A stretch of DNA of 64,000 bases from Bacteriovoracaceae bacterium (GTDB lineage: Bacteria > Bdellovibrionota > Bacteriovoracia > Bacteriovoracales > Bacteriovoracaceae): contig JAFMBV010000010.1 of the NCBI GenBank assembly GCA_017858255.1, positions 1,006 through 65,005 on the forward strand, written 5' to 3'. The notes under the pieces were generated by a model that was given only the letters and a program-made list of their open reading frames with translations, was not told where the DNA came from and ran no database searches. Every line of letters begins with the position of its first letter. The first letter of the stretch is position 1. A program made the translations under genes and the position numbers. Below, in pieces: positions 45,070-54,795 of the stretch.

Positions 45070-45897
45070 ATGAATTTCAACTACAACACACTAGAAGTAA
45101 CTCTCAACAAAGACACTCGCTCCATTAATGTGGCCCTTAACAGACCAGAAGAAAAAAATACCATCAACATTGAAATGCTTTTTGAACTCGAAAGTCTATT
45201 TGGTTGGTTAACAAGTCACCTAGAGGTAAATGCTGTTGTGTTAACAGGTGTTGGAGAGGTCTTTTGCCAAGGCTTTGATCAAAATGAACTCAAAATTATG
45301 AGTGAAGAGAAGTTTCAAAAGTATATTGTTAGGTTTCAAAAAATAGTCATGGGAATGCTAAGCCTCCCGCAAACGATCATCTGTGATTTAAAAGATGGTG
45401 CTGGTGGCATGGGGATTGAGCTCGCCTTAGGCGCAGATATTCGCATTGCCCGCTCTACGGCAACGGTAAATTTTAATACATTAAAAACAGGATGGGTTCC
45501 TTGCTGTGGTGGCATTAGCCTTCTAAGCCAATGGGTAGGAGCTAGTTCTGCCCGCTTTTGGACTCTAACAAGTGCTCGTGTTGGCTCAGAAGAAATGCTC
45601 AATAAGGGACTCATCGGAAAATCATATTCAACCAGCGAAGATGCCCTCTCTCCTATTTTAAAAGAAATTGCGGCCCAAGCACCAGTTCCTAGAATACAGG
45701 CCAAGAGAAGTTTCCTTGAGGGGATGATGAGCGAGTTAACGCGTGGACTTGAGTATGAAACCGTCTTTGCCTTTGCGGCCATGAAAACAGAGGACTGGAA
45801 GAAAGACGTCTCAGACGAAAAAGAGTGTTTTGCTTCTGCAAGAGACTTAGCACGAGAACTAAAGAAAGCCGTTAGACCTGAGCCTATCCTTTCTTAA
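45070..45897 (+). CDS. Enoyl-CoA hydratase/isomerase (crotonase) family protein
   Basis: RBS AAGGAAGG. 'VVLTGVGEVFCQGFD' and 'DGAGGMGIELALGADIRIA' are crotonase-fold oxyanion-hole motifs. Confidence 0.8.
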   Translation: MNFNYNTLEVTLNKDTRSINVALNRPEEKNTINIEMLFELESLFGWLTSHLEVNAVVLTGVGEVFCQGFDQNELKIMSEEKFQKYIVRFQKIVMGMLSLPQTIICDLKDGAGGMGIELALGADIRIARSTATVNFNTLKTGWVPCCGGISLLSQWVGASSARFWTLTSARVGSEEMLNKGLIGKSYSTSEDALSPILKEIAAQAPVPRIQAKRSFLEGMMSELTRGLEYETVFAFAAMKTEDWKKDVSDEKECFASARDLARELKKAVRPEPILS

Positions 45898-45901
45898 ACT
45901 T

Positions 45902-46810
45902 TTATATTTTAAAGATTGGCCTTATCTCAAGAGAATCAAGATCTTTGGTAAGGCCTTTAAAGTCTCGAGTCATCCCCATAAGAAAACCACCTCCACCAGC
46001 TCCGCATAGCTTAAGAAAGTATTCTTTACTCTCAAGACCTTGCTCCCACAGATCAATATAAAGCTTGGGAATCATCGGCTTAAAATGCTCAAATTGAAAA
46101 CGAGATAGCAAAGAGAAGTGCTCCCAAAGAGCAATATTATCATGATTTAAAAAGGAATCGATGCAATTATTTGTAATAGGAGTAAGCTCTTGTTCACATA
46201 GAAACGAATACTCTTCACTTTTACATTTTTCTAAAAACAAGTTTACTAAAGGTTCTGTTTTTCTACTTCGACCGGTATTAAGAAGAAATAAGGCACCTTT
46301 AGCAGATGGGTCTTCTTTAAATTGAACCGATACAAGACCTTCAACTTGTTTTTTTAGAATTGGTCTATTCAAGTAGCTCACCAAAGGGTCAAAACCACTA
46401 CTAGAACCATGAAAATGAGACTCCATAATAGCAAACTGATTCTTTAGAGAAGATATGTTTTGGTTACCTTCGTAGAAATTTTGTCCGTATCGGTCATAAA
46501 TAGCAGCAATAAGAGCACCACTACTACCTACCCCATAACCCTGCGGGATCGTACTATCAAAGAAGAGACCTTGACCTACGTCAAAGGAAAATGAACTCAC
46601 ATCAAAATCAAACTCCAAGTCTCCTGCTTCTTCACATTTTTTAAGGTAACGAGCGAGAGCACTTAACTCTGCATCTCTTTGACCTTTATTTTGTTTTTCA
46701 AAAGCAAGTTTCCCCTCAAATAGGTGGTAAGGAGTCGCCAAGGCATCAGAGTTTTGTATAACTGAATATTCTCCAAAAAGAAGAACTTTTGAAGCGAAGG
46801 AGCGACTCAC
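45902..46810 (-). CDS. Mevalonate kinase-like GHMP kinase
   Basis: 'KVLLFGEYSVIQNSDALA' and the GHMP motif 'PQGYGVGSSGALIAAI'. Its start overlaps the decarboxylase gene stop by 4 nt. Confidence 0.7.
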   Translation of the reverse strand: MSRSFASKVLLFGEYSVIQNSDALATPYHLFEGKLAFEKQNKGQRDAELSALARYLKKCEEAGDLEFDFDVSSFSFDVGQGLFFDSTIPQGYGVGSSGALIAAIYDRYGQNFYEGNQNISSLKNQFAIMESHFHGSSSGFDPLVSYLNRPILKKQVEGLVSVQFKEDPSAKGALFLLNTGRSRKTEPLVNLFLEKCKSEEYSFLCEQELTPITNNCIDSFLNHDNIALWEHFSLLSRFQFEHFKPMIPKLYIDLWEQGLESKEYFLKLCGAGGGGFLMGMTRDFKGLTKDLDSLEIRPIFKI

Positions 46811-47877
46811 AGCTGCTCCTTTTCTTTAATGCGATAAGGGCCGGTGCCAACCTTATCATCAATAATTGATACATTTGCACCAAGCTGATCTTTCAAATCA
46901 ACTAAGAACTTTGAAACATCAGCTCTATATTCTTCAGGATATAATAGGTGTAAATTAGGTCCAGCATCTAAAGTAAAGTATAGCGGTACTCCTGTTCTAT
47001 AACGATATTCTCTTACGAGATGAATTGCCGTTATTGTCTGAGGTTCCATTAGAATATAGCCCGGTCGAGACGTCATCATCATGGCGTGTAGACTCAAGGC
47101 CTCTTCTTCAACAAGGTTTCCAAGGTTGTCCCAAGAGCCATCTTTGAGCCACTCAATGCTATGGTGCCAATTGGTTAATGCATGATGATAGCGTGCCTTA
47201 CCATAGAAATGGTCATTCATTAGACCATGACCCGCGCGTGAGCTCACCTTTTTCTCTGAAGCATTAACAACCACAATTGAGTCATACATTGATTTAAAGA
47301 TAGGATGACATTCCACTCGCTCAGCAAAGAGATCGCTACCGAAATTATCGGTTTCACCCCAACTCGCGGCATGAGGAAATACTGATCGACAGGCGCTACC
47401 ACTTCCCATCCGTGCAAGAAAACTCGCACGCTGCCAAAACTCAGTCTCAGAAAAGTTATGCCCTTTTACGGTTTGTTCCAATTCAACTAAATTGAGCGCC
47501 AAGGCCGCCATAGAAGACGCTGAGCTAGCAATACCTGCACTATGAGGAAAGGTGTTCTCTGTTTTAAGAAGAAATTTGTAATCGTTCAAAAAAGGTAACT
47601 CTTCACTAGCATGCTTGAAGAATTTCTCTATTTTCGGAATAAAACTAGGCATTTTTTTGCCAGAAAAATAAAGGTCTATCCAAGGAGTGTTTTGAGAACA
47701 CTCTTCAGTCTTTAATACATTTAATTCTACTCTCGTCTTTGATTCATTAAGAGTAAGACTTACAGAAGGGTTCGCCGGTAATTGATGGCCCTCTTTTTTA
47801 CCCCAATACTTAACGAGAGCAATATTTGAGGGTGCCCACCATGTAAATTTAAGGCCATCAAGCTTTTTGTGAGTCAT
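46807..47877 (-). CDS. mvaD: Diphosphomevalonate decarboxylase
   Basis: 'WAPSNIALVKYWGKK...NPSVSLTL' and 'HSAGIASSASSMAALA' are the MVD signatures. Confidence 0.88.
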   Translation of the reverse strand: MTHKKLDGLKFTWWAPSNIALVKYWGKKEGHQLPANPSVSLTLNESKTRVELNVLKTEECSQNTPWIDLYFSGKKMPSFIPKIEKFFKHASEELPFLNDYKFLLKTENTFPHSAGIASSASSMAALALNLVELEQTVKGHNFSETEFWQRASFLARMGSGSACRSVFPHAASWGETDNFGSDLFAERVECHPIFKSMYDSIVVVNASEKKVSSRAGHGLMNDHFYGKARYHHALTNWHHSIEWLKDGSWDNLGNLVEEEALSLHAMMMTSRPGYILMEPQTITAIHLVREYRYRTGVPLYFTLDAGPNLHLLYPEEYRADVSKFLVDLKDQLGANVSIIDDKVGTGPYRIKEKEQL

Positions 47878-47892
47878 GATGCTTGGATATCC

Positions 47893-49002
47893 TTAGTGAA
47901 TGCTCTTTTCTTGTTCTTGATTAGGAAGTACAGAAGGTGTTTTTAAGATTAGTTCTTTGAAAGGTATCACAACGTTAAGACCCTTATTTTGAAAATAAGA
48001 TTTAATCCCTTCTTCTCCTGACGGAGAGGTCACCATTACAAAGTCTCCACCCCAAGCACCTAATGATTTAATATGGCCTTGAAAATCAGAAAAACGCTCT
48101 TGCTGAATTGAAGGAAGGCCTAACTGAGCTGATAGAAGCTGCTCGTGAGAGCTCAGCAGATGATTAAAATCTTCAATATTATCAACTTCTAGCATTTCTC
48201 TGGTGATGGCCGAAACTTCCCTAACAACATCAGTAGGAAAAGGTCTCTTTTTCTTGTAGTAATCAATCGCCTCACGCGAATCTTTTTTAGAGCCTAAATA
48301 AACGAAGAATAGCTCTTCGTGAAAAGGAGGATAAAATGAGATAGGTCCCCACTTCGGCCCACTTGGGTCCAACTCGTATAGAATGGGACCATCACTTTGA
48401 GCACAGGCGATATCATAACCGCTGCCGCCATGAGTTTTAAAGAGAAGCTCAAAGGGTGAAACATAGGCCCATTGGGCAATATTATAAATCAACGTTGAAC
48501 TAGAACCGAGGCCCCAGGTAAGGGGAAATCCCAAACGCGTTTCTACATAAACGTCCTGACCCTCTCTAAGAAAATGTTTATTTTGCAAGCGAGCATGTCT
48601 TAGAATTTCACGAAGAAACTTTACTTCCTCGCTAGGGTTTTCATCCAAAATATCGAAGTGCCAAAAATCAAAACTTGCTTCGAGCCAAAGATTCCCATTA
48701 ACATCAAAGGACTTCCAAGTAAGTTTAGGATTAAAACTTTGAGAGTAACGAACCCCCATAGACTGTCCGACAGTCGTTGGTAGGGCCAGACCAGTAGCAC
48801 CGTCGAGAACGAAGTACTCTCCTGTTAAAAGGAGCTTTCCATGACCATAGTAATACTGGTCAAACTTCTCTGATGGACTTGGTTTACTTTGGTCTTTATT
48901 CATAATGTTGTGGTAGCTTTCTTGGTTTTCAATAGTTAAACCGCCAACAGTTACATTTTCTTTTATTTTAGTATCCTCAATCACTTTGCCTCTTTCTCGC
49001 AA
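47893..49002 (-). CDS. GYDIA-motif GHMP kinase (candidate phosphomevalonate kinase)
   Basis: 'GKLLLTGEYFVLDG', 'GLGSSSTLIYNIA' and 'GGSGYDIACAQ'. The literal GYDIA motif names a GHMP subfamily found next to mevalonate genes. Start is TTG at 49002 or ATG at 48903. Confidence 0.7.
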   Translation of the reverse strand: MRERGKVIEDTKIKENVTVGGLTIENQESYHNIMNKDQSKPSPSEKFDQYYYGHGKLLLTGEYFVLDGATGLALPTTVGQSMGVRYSQSFNPKLTWKSFDVNGNLWLEASFDFWHFDILDENPSEEVKFLREILRHARLQNKHFLREGQDVYVETRLGFPLTWGLGSSSTLIYNIAQWAYVSPFELLFKTHGGSGYDIACAQSDGPILYELDPSGPKWGPISFYPPFHEELFFVYLGSKKDSREAIDYYKKKRPFPTDVVREVSAITREMLEVDNIEDFNHLLSSHEQLLSAQLGLPSIQQERFSDFQGHIKSLGAWGGDFVMVTSPSGEEGIKSYFQNKGLNVVIPFKELILKTPSVLPNQEQEKSIH

Positions 49003-49005
49003 AAA

Positions 49006-50406
49006 CTATTGATAATTTCTTAATTGTCCGACGAAGTCACTTACGGCCCTAAACGTTATCGCTTTGTCCTCAAAGTGATCTTTCGCCTTATCGCGCTCTT
49101 CTTCATTTGTTTCCAAATGATTAAGAATATTCATGAGATGCATCTTCATGTGACCTTTTTGAATACCTGAGGTCACCAGAGATCTTAGTGCTGCAAAATT
49201 TTGAGCTAAACCAATGGTCGCAACAATCTCCATTAATTCAGGTGCACTTGGGCGACCAAGTAGGTCCAAAGACAAGTTTGCCAATGGATGAAGGGCCGTC
49301 AGCCCACCAACGGTGCCGATCGATAGAGGAATGGACAATTCAAAACGAAAGATTCCATTTTCTAAAGAGCAACTTGTTAAGCTTTTATAGCGACCTGATC
49401 TTGCCGCGTATGTATGAGCGCAAGCTTCGACAGCACGATAGTCATTCCCCGTCGCCATAATGACCGAGTCAATGCCATTCATAATACCTTTATTGTGAGT
49501 CGTTGCTCTGTTGGTATCAATTTCAGCGATACGCACACCTTGAAATATTTTTTTTGCAAAGTGCTCGGCATCCATCCCTAAGGATTTATCAGCTAAGTCT
49601 TCAATCGGACACTCAACCCATGCCTTCACTAAGCAATCAGGTGTATAGTTTGAAAGGATCGCCATAACGACTTCAAATTTATTACTGGCCTCTTTGCCTA
49701 ACTCTGATTGCACAAGAGCTTCCAATTCTTTGCCCAGTCCCTCAAGAACTGAGTTGATAAAATTGGCCCCCATGGCGTCACAAGTTTCAAAGGTTACCCA
49801 CATTTGGAAGTAACCAGGTTCAATATCTGTTAGGTCTTTAAGTTCAAGAGACGTCATACCGCCGCCTCTTTTTTCCATATTGATCATTAAGGGCTTCACA
49901 GCAGAGATCAATGTATCTTTTTCTTTGTTAAAAAGGTTTTTAAGTTCTTCTTCAAGACCACCGGCCATTAAGTGAACTTGTCCTACTTTCTTAGTGCTCA
50001 CAACTTCAGTGTGAAATCCACCACGGTCCAACCAGAATTTAGCGGCCTTAGAAGCCGCCGCCACAACACTCGATTCCTCAATAACCATAGGAACACAAAA
50101 GAGCTGATTATTAATTAAAACGTTTGGCGCTACACCAAAAGGCAGTACAAAATTTGTCAGGGTATTTTCAGAAAATTCATCAAGTGTGCGCTGGAGCTCA
50201 GTATTTTTGTGCCAGAAGCTTTTAATGAGCTCTTTCTCTTTATCCGAGCCCGTAAAAAACTTTGAAATGATTAGTTCTATTTTCTCTTCTTTTGATAGCT
50301 TGGAAAAACCTGAAACTGGTTTTTGCGATGAAGAACTTACAGTTCCCCCTTCTCCATTAGATTCAGAAATGAGCGGCATTTGCTTTTGCTCCTTTTTCCA
50401 GTCCAT
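49006..50406 (-). CDS. mvaA: Hydroxymethylglutaryl-CoA reductase (class II-like)
   Basis: 'PMVIEESSVVAAASKAAKF', 'DAMGANFIN' and 'GTVGG' are HMGR catalytic-domain motifs. No membrane domain. Confidence 0.88.
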   Translation of the reverse strand: MDWKKEQKQMPLISESNGEGGTVSSSSQKPVSGFSKLSKEEKIELIISKFFTGSDKEKELIKSFWHKNTELQRTLDEFSENTLTNFVLPFGVAPNVLINNQLFCVPMVIEESSVVAAASKAAKFWLDRGGFHTEVVSTKKVGQVHLMAGGLEEELKNLFNKEKDTLISAVKPLMINMEKRGGGMTSLELKDLTDIEPGYFQMWVTFETCDAMGANFINSVLEGLGKELEALVQSELGKEASNKFEVVMAILSNYTPDCLVKAWVECPIEDLADKSLGMDAEHFAKKIFQGVRIAEIDTNRATTHNKGIMNGIDSVIMATGNDYRAVEACAHTYAARSGRYKSLTSCSLENGIFRFELSIPLSIGTVGGLTALHPLANLSLDLLGRPSAPELMEIVATIGLAQNFAALRSLVTSGIQKGHMKMHLMNILNHLETNEEERDKAKDHFEDKAITFRAVSDFVGQLRNYQ

Positions 50407-50410
50407 AAAC

Positions 50411-51490
50411 CTATTCTCCCTTCAGGGGCTTAAGCCTAAGAAATGTCTGAGCCATCTTTAAACTATCCAGCTCCCTTTGAACAAATTGGGCAAGATCACT
50501 ATAACTTCCTTGGGAAGCCTCTAAGAATGGCTTTGCCATGCCGTAACATGCCGGAGCTCTTAGACTTTCAGTGAGGAAAAAGCCCTGTAAAAAGGAACGG
50601 ACACCACCAGAGACGATAAAAAGTCTGTCACCAGTTTTGACGCTCTTGTCATTTAAAAAATGATTGACGAGTCTTACCATTTCCAAGGCCGTATGGCCAA
50701 CGTAACACAGTTCTTTTGGCTTAATTAACTCATTAGATTTATTAGTATCTTCATCTCTAACACTTTCCAGAAGGCTGAAATTGGTTCCACCATAAGCGGC
50801 GAATTCAATCACTGAAATAGGCAACTCCAGGATGGCCTTTAAGCTTGCTGGTCCCATTCCCTGTCCAACTTCTTTAATGCCAAGAATTAAACTCGGTGCC
50901 TTCGAAGCTATTAGTTCAGCGAACTCTTTCATTATCTCTACAGGAGAGCGAAACCAACGATCACCCTCATTTTGATACCATTCTTGAAGTGGGTTGATAT
51001 GAATAAAAAGACCATCAACCTCCAGGCGCTTACAAACTTCAAGCAATTTTTGGGCACTATCTTTTTGTAACTCTTGTTCAAGTTGGGCGACTCCAAAGTT
51101 TGCGAAAAGCACGCCATCACCAATGATGGGACGTAAATAAAAGTCATCAAAGAACTCATCACTATGCAGAAGAGGTCTGCAAGAGCCGAGTCCTAGGCCC
51201 AATCCAAACTCACCCGCAACTTTTGCTAAATTTTTATTAATGGGACCGGCCGCAGATGTACCGCCAGTCATTGAACTAATCCATATTGGTGCTTTGAGGT
51301 TTTTTGGACCTACTTTTATGGGGGTAAAAGAAAAGTTTTCTTCAGGGAAACCAGAGAGCATAGGCTCATAATCAAAGTAGTCATTGATTGTACTTCCTGA
51401 AGTCTGTGCCATATTGGCAAACTCCAGATGGTGCGACTTTCGCTGAGCGCTGGCGTCTGACTGTGAATGAGTAGTACGGTGATCTGACAT
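50411..51490 (-). CDS. fni: Type 2 (FMN-dependent) isopentenyl-diphosphate delta-isomerase
   Basis: Start moved to the ATG at 51490 (RBS AAAGGAAG). 'PIWISSMTGGT', 'GLGSCR' and 'VSGGVRS' fit IDI-2. Confidence 0.88.
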   Translation of the reverse strand: MSDHRTTHSQSDASAQRKSHHLEFANMAQTSGSTINDYFDYEPMLSGFPEENFSFTPIKVGPKNLKAPIWISSMTGGTSAAGPINKNLAKVAGEFGLGLGLGSCRPLLHSDEFFDDFYLRPIIGDGVLFANFGVAQLEQELQKDSAQKLLEVCKRLEVDGLFIHINPLQEWYQNEGDRWFRSPVEIMKEFAELIASKAPSLILGIKEVGQGMGPASLKAILELPISVIEFAAYGGTNFSLLESVRDEDTNKSNELIKPKELCYVGHTALEMVRLVNHFLNDKSVKTGDRLFIVSGGVRSFLQGFFLTESLRAPACYGMAKPFLEASQGSYSDLAQFVQRELDSLKMAQTFLRLKPLKGE

Positions 51491-51605
51491 ACTGCTTCCT
51501 TTCTTGTTTTTTAACACTCAACATTACTTAGGTCATGGTTAAACTATAAGACAACCCTTTGAAAAGAGTATTTGTCAGGCCTGGAGATTTTATAAACTAT
51601 CGATA

Positions 51606-52316
51606 TCACTTAGGGGCGACAACTAGCACGAATTCTCTTTTCCCTAAGTCCTTTAATTTCAACAAATTCTTTAGAGTACCCCAAAATGATTGCTCCTCCT
51701 CGCGGTTAATGTCCATGAGAAGAAAGTGGAGCCTGCTGCGCCCAGTTTCAGGACAGGCATGATCTAATTCCTCTAAAACTCTCTGAAGACGGTAGGGAGT
51801 GTCCATAAAGACCTGACAATGAGCTTTACTATAGACCGCCTTAAAAAAGGATTCCCTTTCCTCTTTTCCCTTGGGTGGAAAACCTAAGAATTCAAAAGCA
51901 CCTTCCGTAAAACCACTAAGAGCAACTGCAGGCAGCAACGAGTTATCACAAGACAACATCCTCACCTTAAATCCCTTTTCTTGGCAGCTATAAATCAAAC
52001 TTCTTCCAGGATCACAAAAACCTGGCGTTCCCCCATCACTCATGAGGAAAAAGTCTTTTCCTTGAGCTAACTCTTTGAGGATTTTAGAATCAAGCTCTCC
52101 ACGGGAGTGCTCGTTATAAGGAATAAAGTCATCAATAGCGGTCCTAGGAAGTCCCCAAGCAAGCCAACGCCGTCTTCCAGGTTTCTCATCTTCAATTAAA
52201 AGACCTGAACCATTTTCAAACGCCTGTTCTAGGGTTTCTTTTAGAAAACCCCCAAGGTTTCCTTTTTCGGCCACTGGGGTAGGTATAAGATGTAACTGGC
52301 CTTGTTTAGCCTTCAT
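51606..52316 (-). CDS. RsmI-like tetrapyrrole-methylase-fold rRNA 2'-O-methyltransferase
   Basis: Start moved to the ATG at 52316 (RBS GAGGA). 'LHLIPTPV' and 'FLMSDGGTPGFCDPG' parallel RsmI's 'LYVVATPIGN' and 'SDAGTPxISDPG'. Confidence 0.7.
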   Translation of the reverse strand: MKAKQGQLHLIPTPVAEKGNLGGFLKETLEQAFENGSGLLIEDEKPGRRRWLAWGLPRTAIDDFIPYNEHSRGELDSKILKELAQGKDFFLMSDGGTPGFCDPGRSLIYSCQEKGFKVRMLSCDNSLLPAVALSGFTEGAFEFLGFPPKGKEERESFFKAVYSKAHCQVFMDTPYRLQRVLEELDHACPETGRSRLHFLLMDINREEEQSFWGTLKNLLKLKDLGKREFVLVVAPK

Positions 52317-52366
52317 AATTATCCTCAAGCATCAATTGTTAAAATCACCTATAATATATATCAACG

Positions 52367-53602
52367 ATGAAAGAAACATTTTTCCTCCAAGTAACGCCCG
52401 GTTTTGAAAAACTTGCCAAGCAAGAGTTTGCTCTCAAGTTTCCAGGACTATTCCCTTCGATAGCAATCCCAGAAGGGATTATCGAGAAGGGAGGCATTAC
52501 CATTGAGTTACCCATGGCAGCGGGATTTCAACTTAATTATTGGCTAAAAATTCCAAATAGAATACTTCTCAGAGTTTCTCAATTCAAATGTAGGGATCTT
52601 CCCAAGTTTTATAATAAAGTCTCTAAGATTAATTGGTCCCCCTACTTTGCTGGCCAAGATTACGAGTTTCATATTTCTAGTTCTGAGTCTCGCCTCTTTG
52701 ATTCCCGTCGCATTGAGAAGGCGTTAAAAGATGGGCTTGATAAATGTCTCAAAAATCAAGAACCTAAGAAAAAGGCCCGTCAAAGAGTAGAAACAACAAA
52801 AGACTGGCATCTCTTTTGTCGCTTTGAAAATGACTGGTGCACTTTAAGTGTTGATACCTCTGGAGAAAGATTAGGTAAGCGTGGATATAAAAGTAAAGTT
52901 GGACTTGCCCCTCTAAGAGAAAACTTGGCCGCAGGCCTCTACCTCTATACTCTCTTATCTTGTCCTCCAATCGAAACCCTTGAATGGGAAAAGCACTTTA
53001 AAGAGTATGGAACTCCTTCACTAACACTCGTTGATCCTTTTTGTGGTAGTGGCACCCTTCTTTTAGAAGCTGCTCTTTTTTATGAACCGAACCTCTTTAG
53101 GAATTTTTCCTTTGAGTTCTTTCCACTTTGGGAGAATAAAAGTACTCCACTTAAAAAAAATAATCGCCCCTCTGCTTTAAACCTAGACCTACCACTTTTC
53201 TTAGTAGGAAGTGACATAGAACAAGATCGAATCAATGATACTGAGGCGAACTTGAAGGAGGCCGGCCTTCAAGGAACTCACCATGCACTAAACTTAGGTG
53301 ATATATGCTCCAAAGAATTTGGCCAAAAATCAGCGCGGGAAATTTTTAGTAATTCCCAAATAGTTGCATGGTGCATGATGAATCCACCATATGGAAAAAG
53401 AATTAAACAACCAGTTGATCATTTTGACCTCCTGGAAACCTTAAGTAATTGGGGTCCATGGCAAAGGATAGGTGTCCTTTTGCCACAAGCTCAGAAGCTA
53501 AAGAAACTTCCGAAAGGAGTAAAACTTATTAGTTCGCTTCAATTTGAAAATGGTGGAGAAAAGGTCAGCTACTTTCTTTATGAAAAAGAGTTATCCAAGT
53601 AA
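52367..53602 (+). CDS. THUMP-domain class I SAM-dependent RNA methyltransferase (RlmL/K-like)
   Basis: 'LVDPFCGSGTLLLEAA' (SAM motif I) and 'MNPPYGKR' (motif IV), behind a THUMP-like N-terminal domain. Confidence 0.8.
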   Translation: MKETFFLQVTPGFEKLAKQEFALKFPGLFPSIAIPEGIIEKGGITIELPMAAGFQLNYWLKIPNRILLRVSQFKCRDLPKFYNKVSKINWSPYFAGQDYEFHISSSESRLFDSRRIEKALKDGLDKCLKNQEPKKKARQRVETTKDWHLFCRFENDWCTLSVDTSGERLGKRGYKSKVGLAPLRENLAAGLYLYTLLSCPPIETLEWEKHFKEYGTPSLTLVDPFCGSGTLLLEAALFYEPNLFRNFSFEFFPLWENKSTPLKKNNRPSALNLDLPLFLVGSDIEQDRINDTEANLKEAGLQGTHHALNLGDICSKEFGQKSAREIFSNSQIVAWCMMNPPYGKRIKQPVDHFDLLETLSNWGPWQRIGVLLPQAQKLKKLPKGVKLISSLQFENGGEKVSYFLYEKELSK

Positions 53603-54795
53603 ACCATAGATCGAATCGAAATACCTCCGATTGGGGAGACAAAAACGATGTCTCCATTGGATGCCTCTTCAACCTCATTTCTTAAAGCATCATACATATA
53701 TTCAACTTTAAGGACCTTCTCATTTCCTTCAGGGCTCATCAAACGAAGACGATCACCGAGCTTCAAGGAATTAAGAGGAGACTTAATTAATAGCCCAAGA
53801 TGTTTCTTCCTTTTCACATCAACAATCTCTCCAAGATAGTCTTCATTTCGATCTTGGAGCCGAGAGTTTTTGAGTTTTTTAAAGAGAACATCTGTCTTAT
53901 TAACTCTGAAAAAACCTTTCGTAACAGACCTTCCATATTTAACTTTTAAATCATCCATTCTTTCAGTCTTTGCCTCTTTTTTAAGAACATCAAAAATCTG
54001 GGAAAAAGTTTGCTTACCTTTTCCTTGGATAAAATCTAAACGCCAACTAAGCTTAGTTGTGGCCACCAATGAATCTTTAAGTAAATCTCTTTCTCTTTCA
54101 AGTAAAAGGTCATCGAAGATAAACTGGTCCTTAGTGTTAAGCATAAAAGTACCATGAAGGTTTTCTCTAATAGGAAAACCCTTATGGGGACTTTCTTCTG
54201 AGGTGCCTAGGACCTGTATCTCGTCTTCGTCACCATAAAGAGGACTGATTAGGGCCCGAGGGGTATAAAATAGCAGGATCGGTCCCCATCCTAGAACTTC
54301 ACATTCACAAGGAAGACTTTCAGAGTACTCAAGAACTTTTTCTGCTGGTAGTTCTGGGCTTAAAATGATTTTTTTTATTTTTTCGGGCCAAACATTATAC
54401 CAAGACTTAAGACCGATAAGATTGTGATTACCCTGTTCACAGATAAAGTGGATATCGCCTTGGTAATTAATTTCCTTAAGCGACTGAAGCGCTCCTGGAT
54501 CTTGCACGCGAATCCCATCAAAAAGAGGGTTACTTAGAAGGCCTTGCCCTTTAAGTCCGTGGAAAACACTTTGAAAAGTATTTTCCGTCATCAAGATATC
54601 CCATTGCAAAAAGACATGAACCTTTTTGTCTTTTAATTTTCGAGCGACACTCAAGCATTCATCTTTACTAAAGGAAAAGAAGCGACTGATTTCTTTAAAA
54701 CCAATAATTACCTCGTGCTGACCATTAATAGAGTCTAAAGCGAGAAGGTAATCGTTCACCATATCTAAATCGTATAGGGCCACACTAAATTTCAC
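53578..54795 (-). CDS. Divergent U32-like protein lacking the Fe-S cysteine motif (partner of the adjacent U32 gene)
   Basis: GTG start overlaps the upstream stop (GTGA). Length and layout parallel the neighbour, but the region equivalent to CX6CX15CX3C reads 'CECEVLGWGPILLFYTPRALISPLYGDE', without the Cys ligands. Family assignment is tentative. Confidence 0.5.
   Translation of the reverse strand: MKFSVALYDLDMVNDYLLALDSINGQHEVIIGFKEISRFFSFSKDECLSVARKLKDKKVHVFLQWDILMTENTFQSVFHGLKGQGLLSNPLFDGIRVQDPGALQSLKEINYQGDIHFICEQGNHNLIGLKSWYNVWPEKIKKIILSPELPAEKVLEYSESLPCECEVLGWGPILLFYTPRALISPLYGDEDEIQVLGTSEESPHKGFPIRENLHGTFMLNTKDQFIFDDLLLERERDLLKDSLVATTKLSWRLDFIQGKGKQTFSQIFDVLKKEAKTERMDDLKVKYGRSVTKGFFRVNKTDVLFKKLKNSRLQDRNEDYLGEIVDVKRKKHLGLLIKSPLNSLKLGDRLRLMSPEGNEKVLKVEYMYDALRNEVEEASNGDIVFVSPIGGISIRSMVYLDNSFS

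Noticed and set aside
45336-45782. 148-aa ORF antisense to the crotonase gene. Similar antisense ORFs lie at 25394-25831, 6086-6442 and 10404-10757.
   Set aside because: Each lies wholly inside a longer ORF with clear family motifs or a better gene context. None has an RBS or a recognisable motif.
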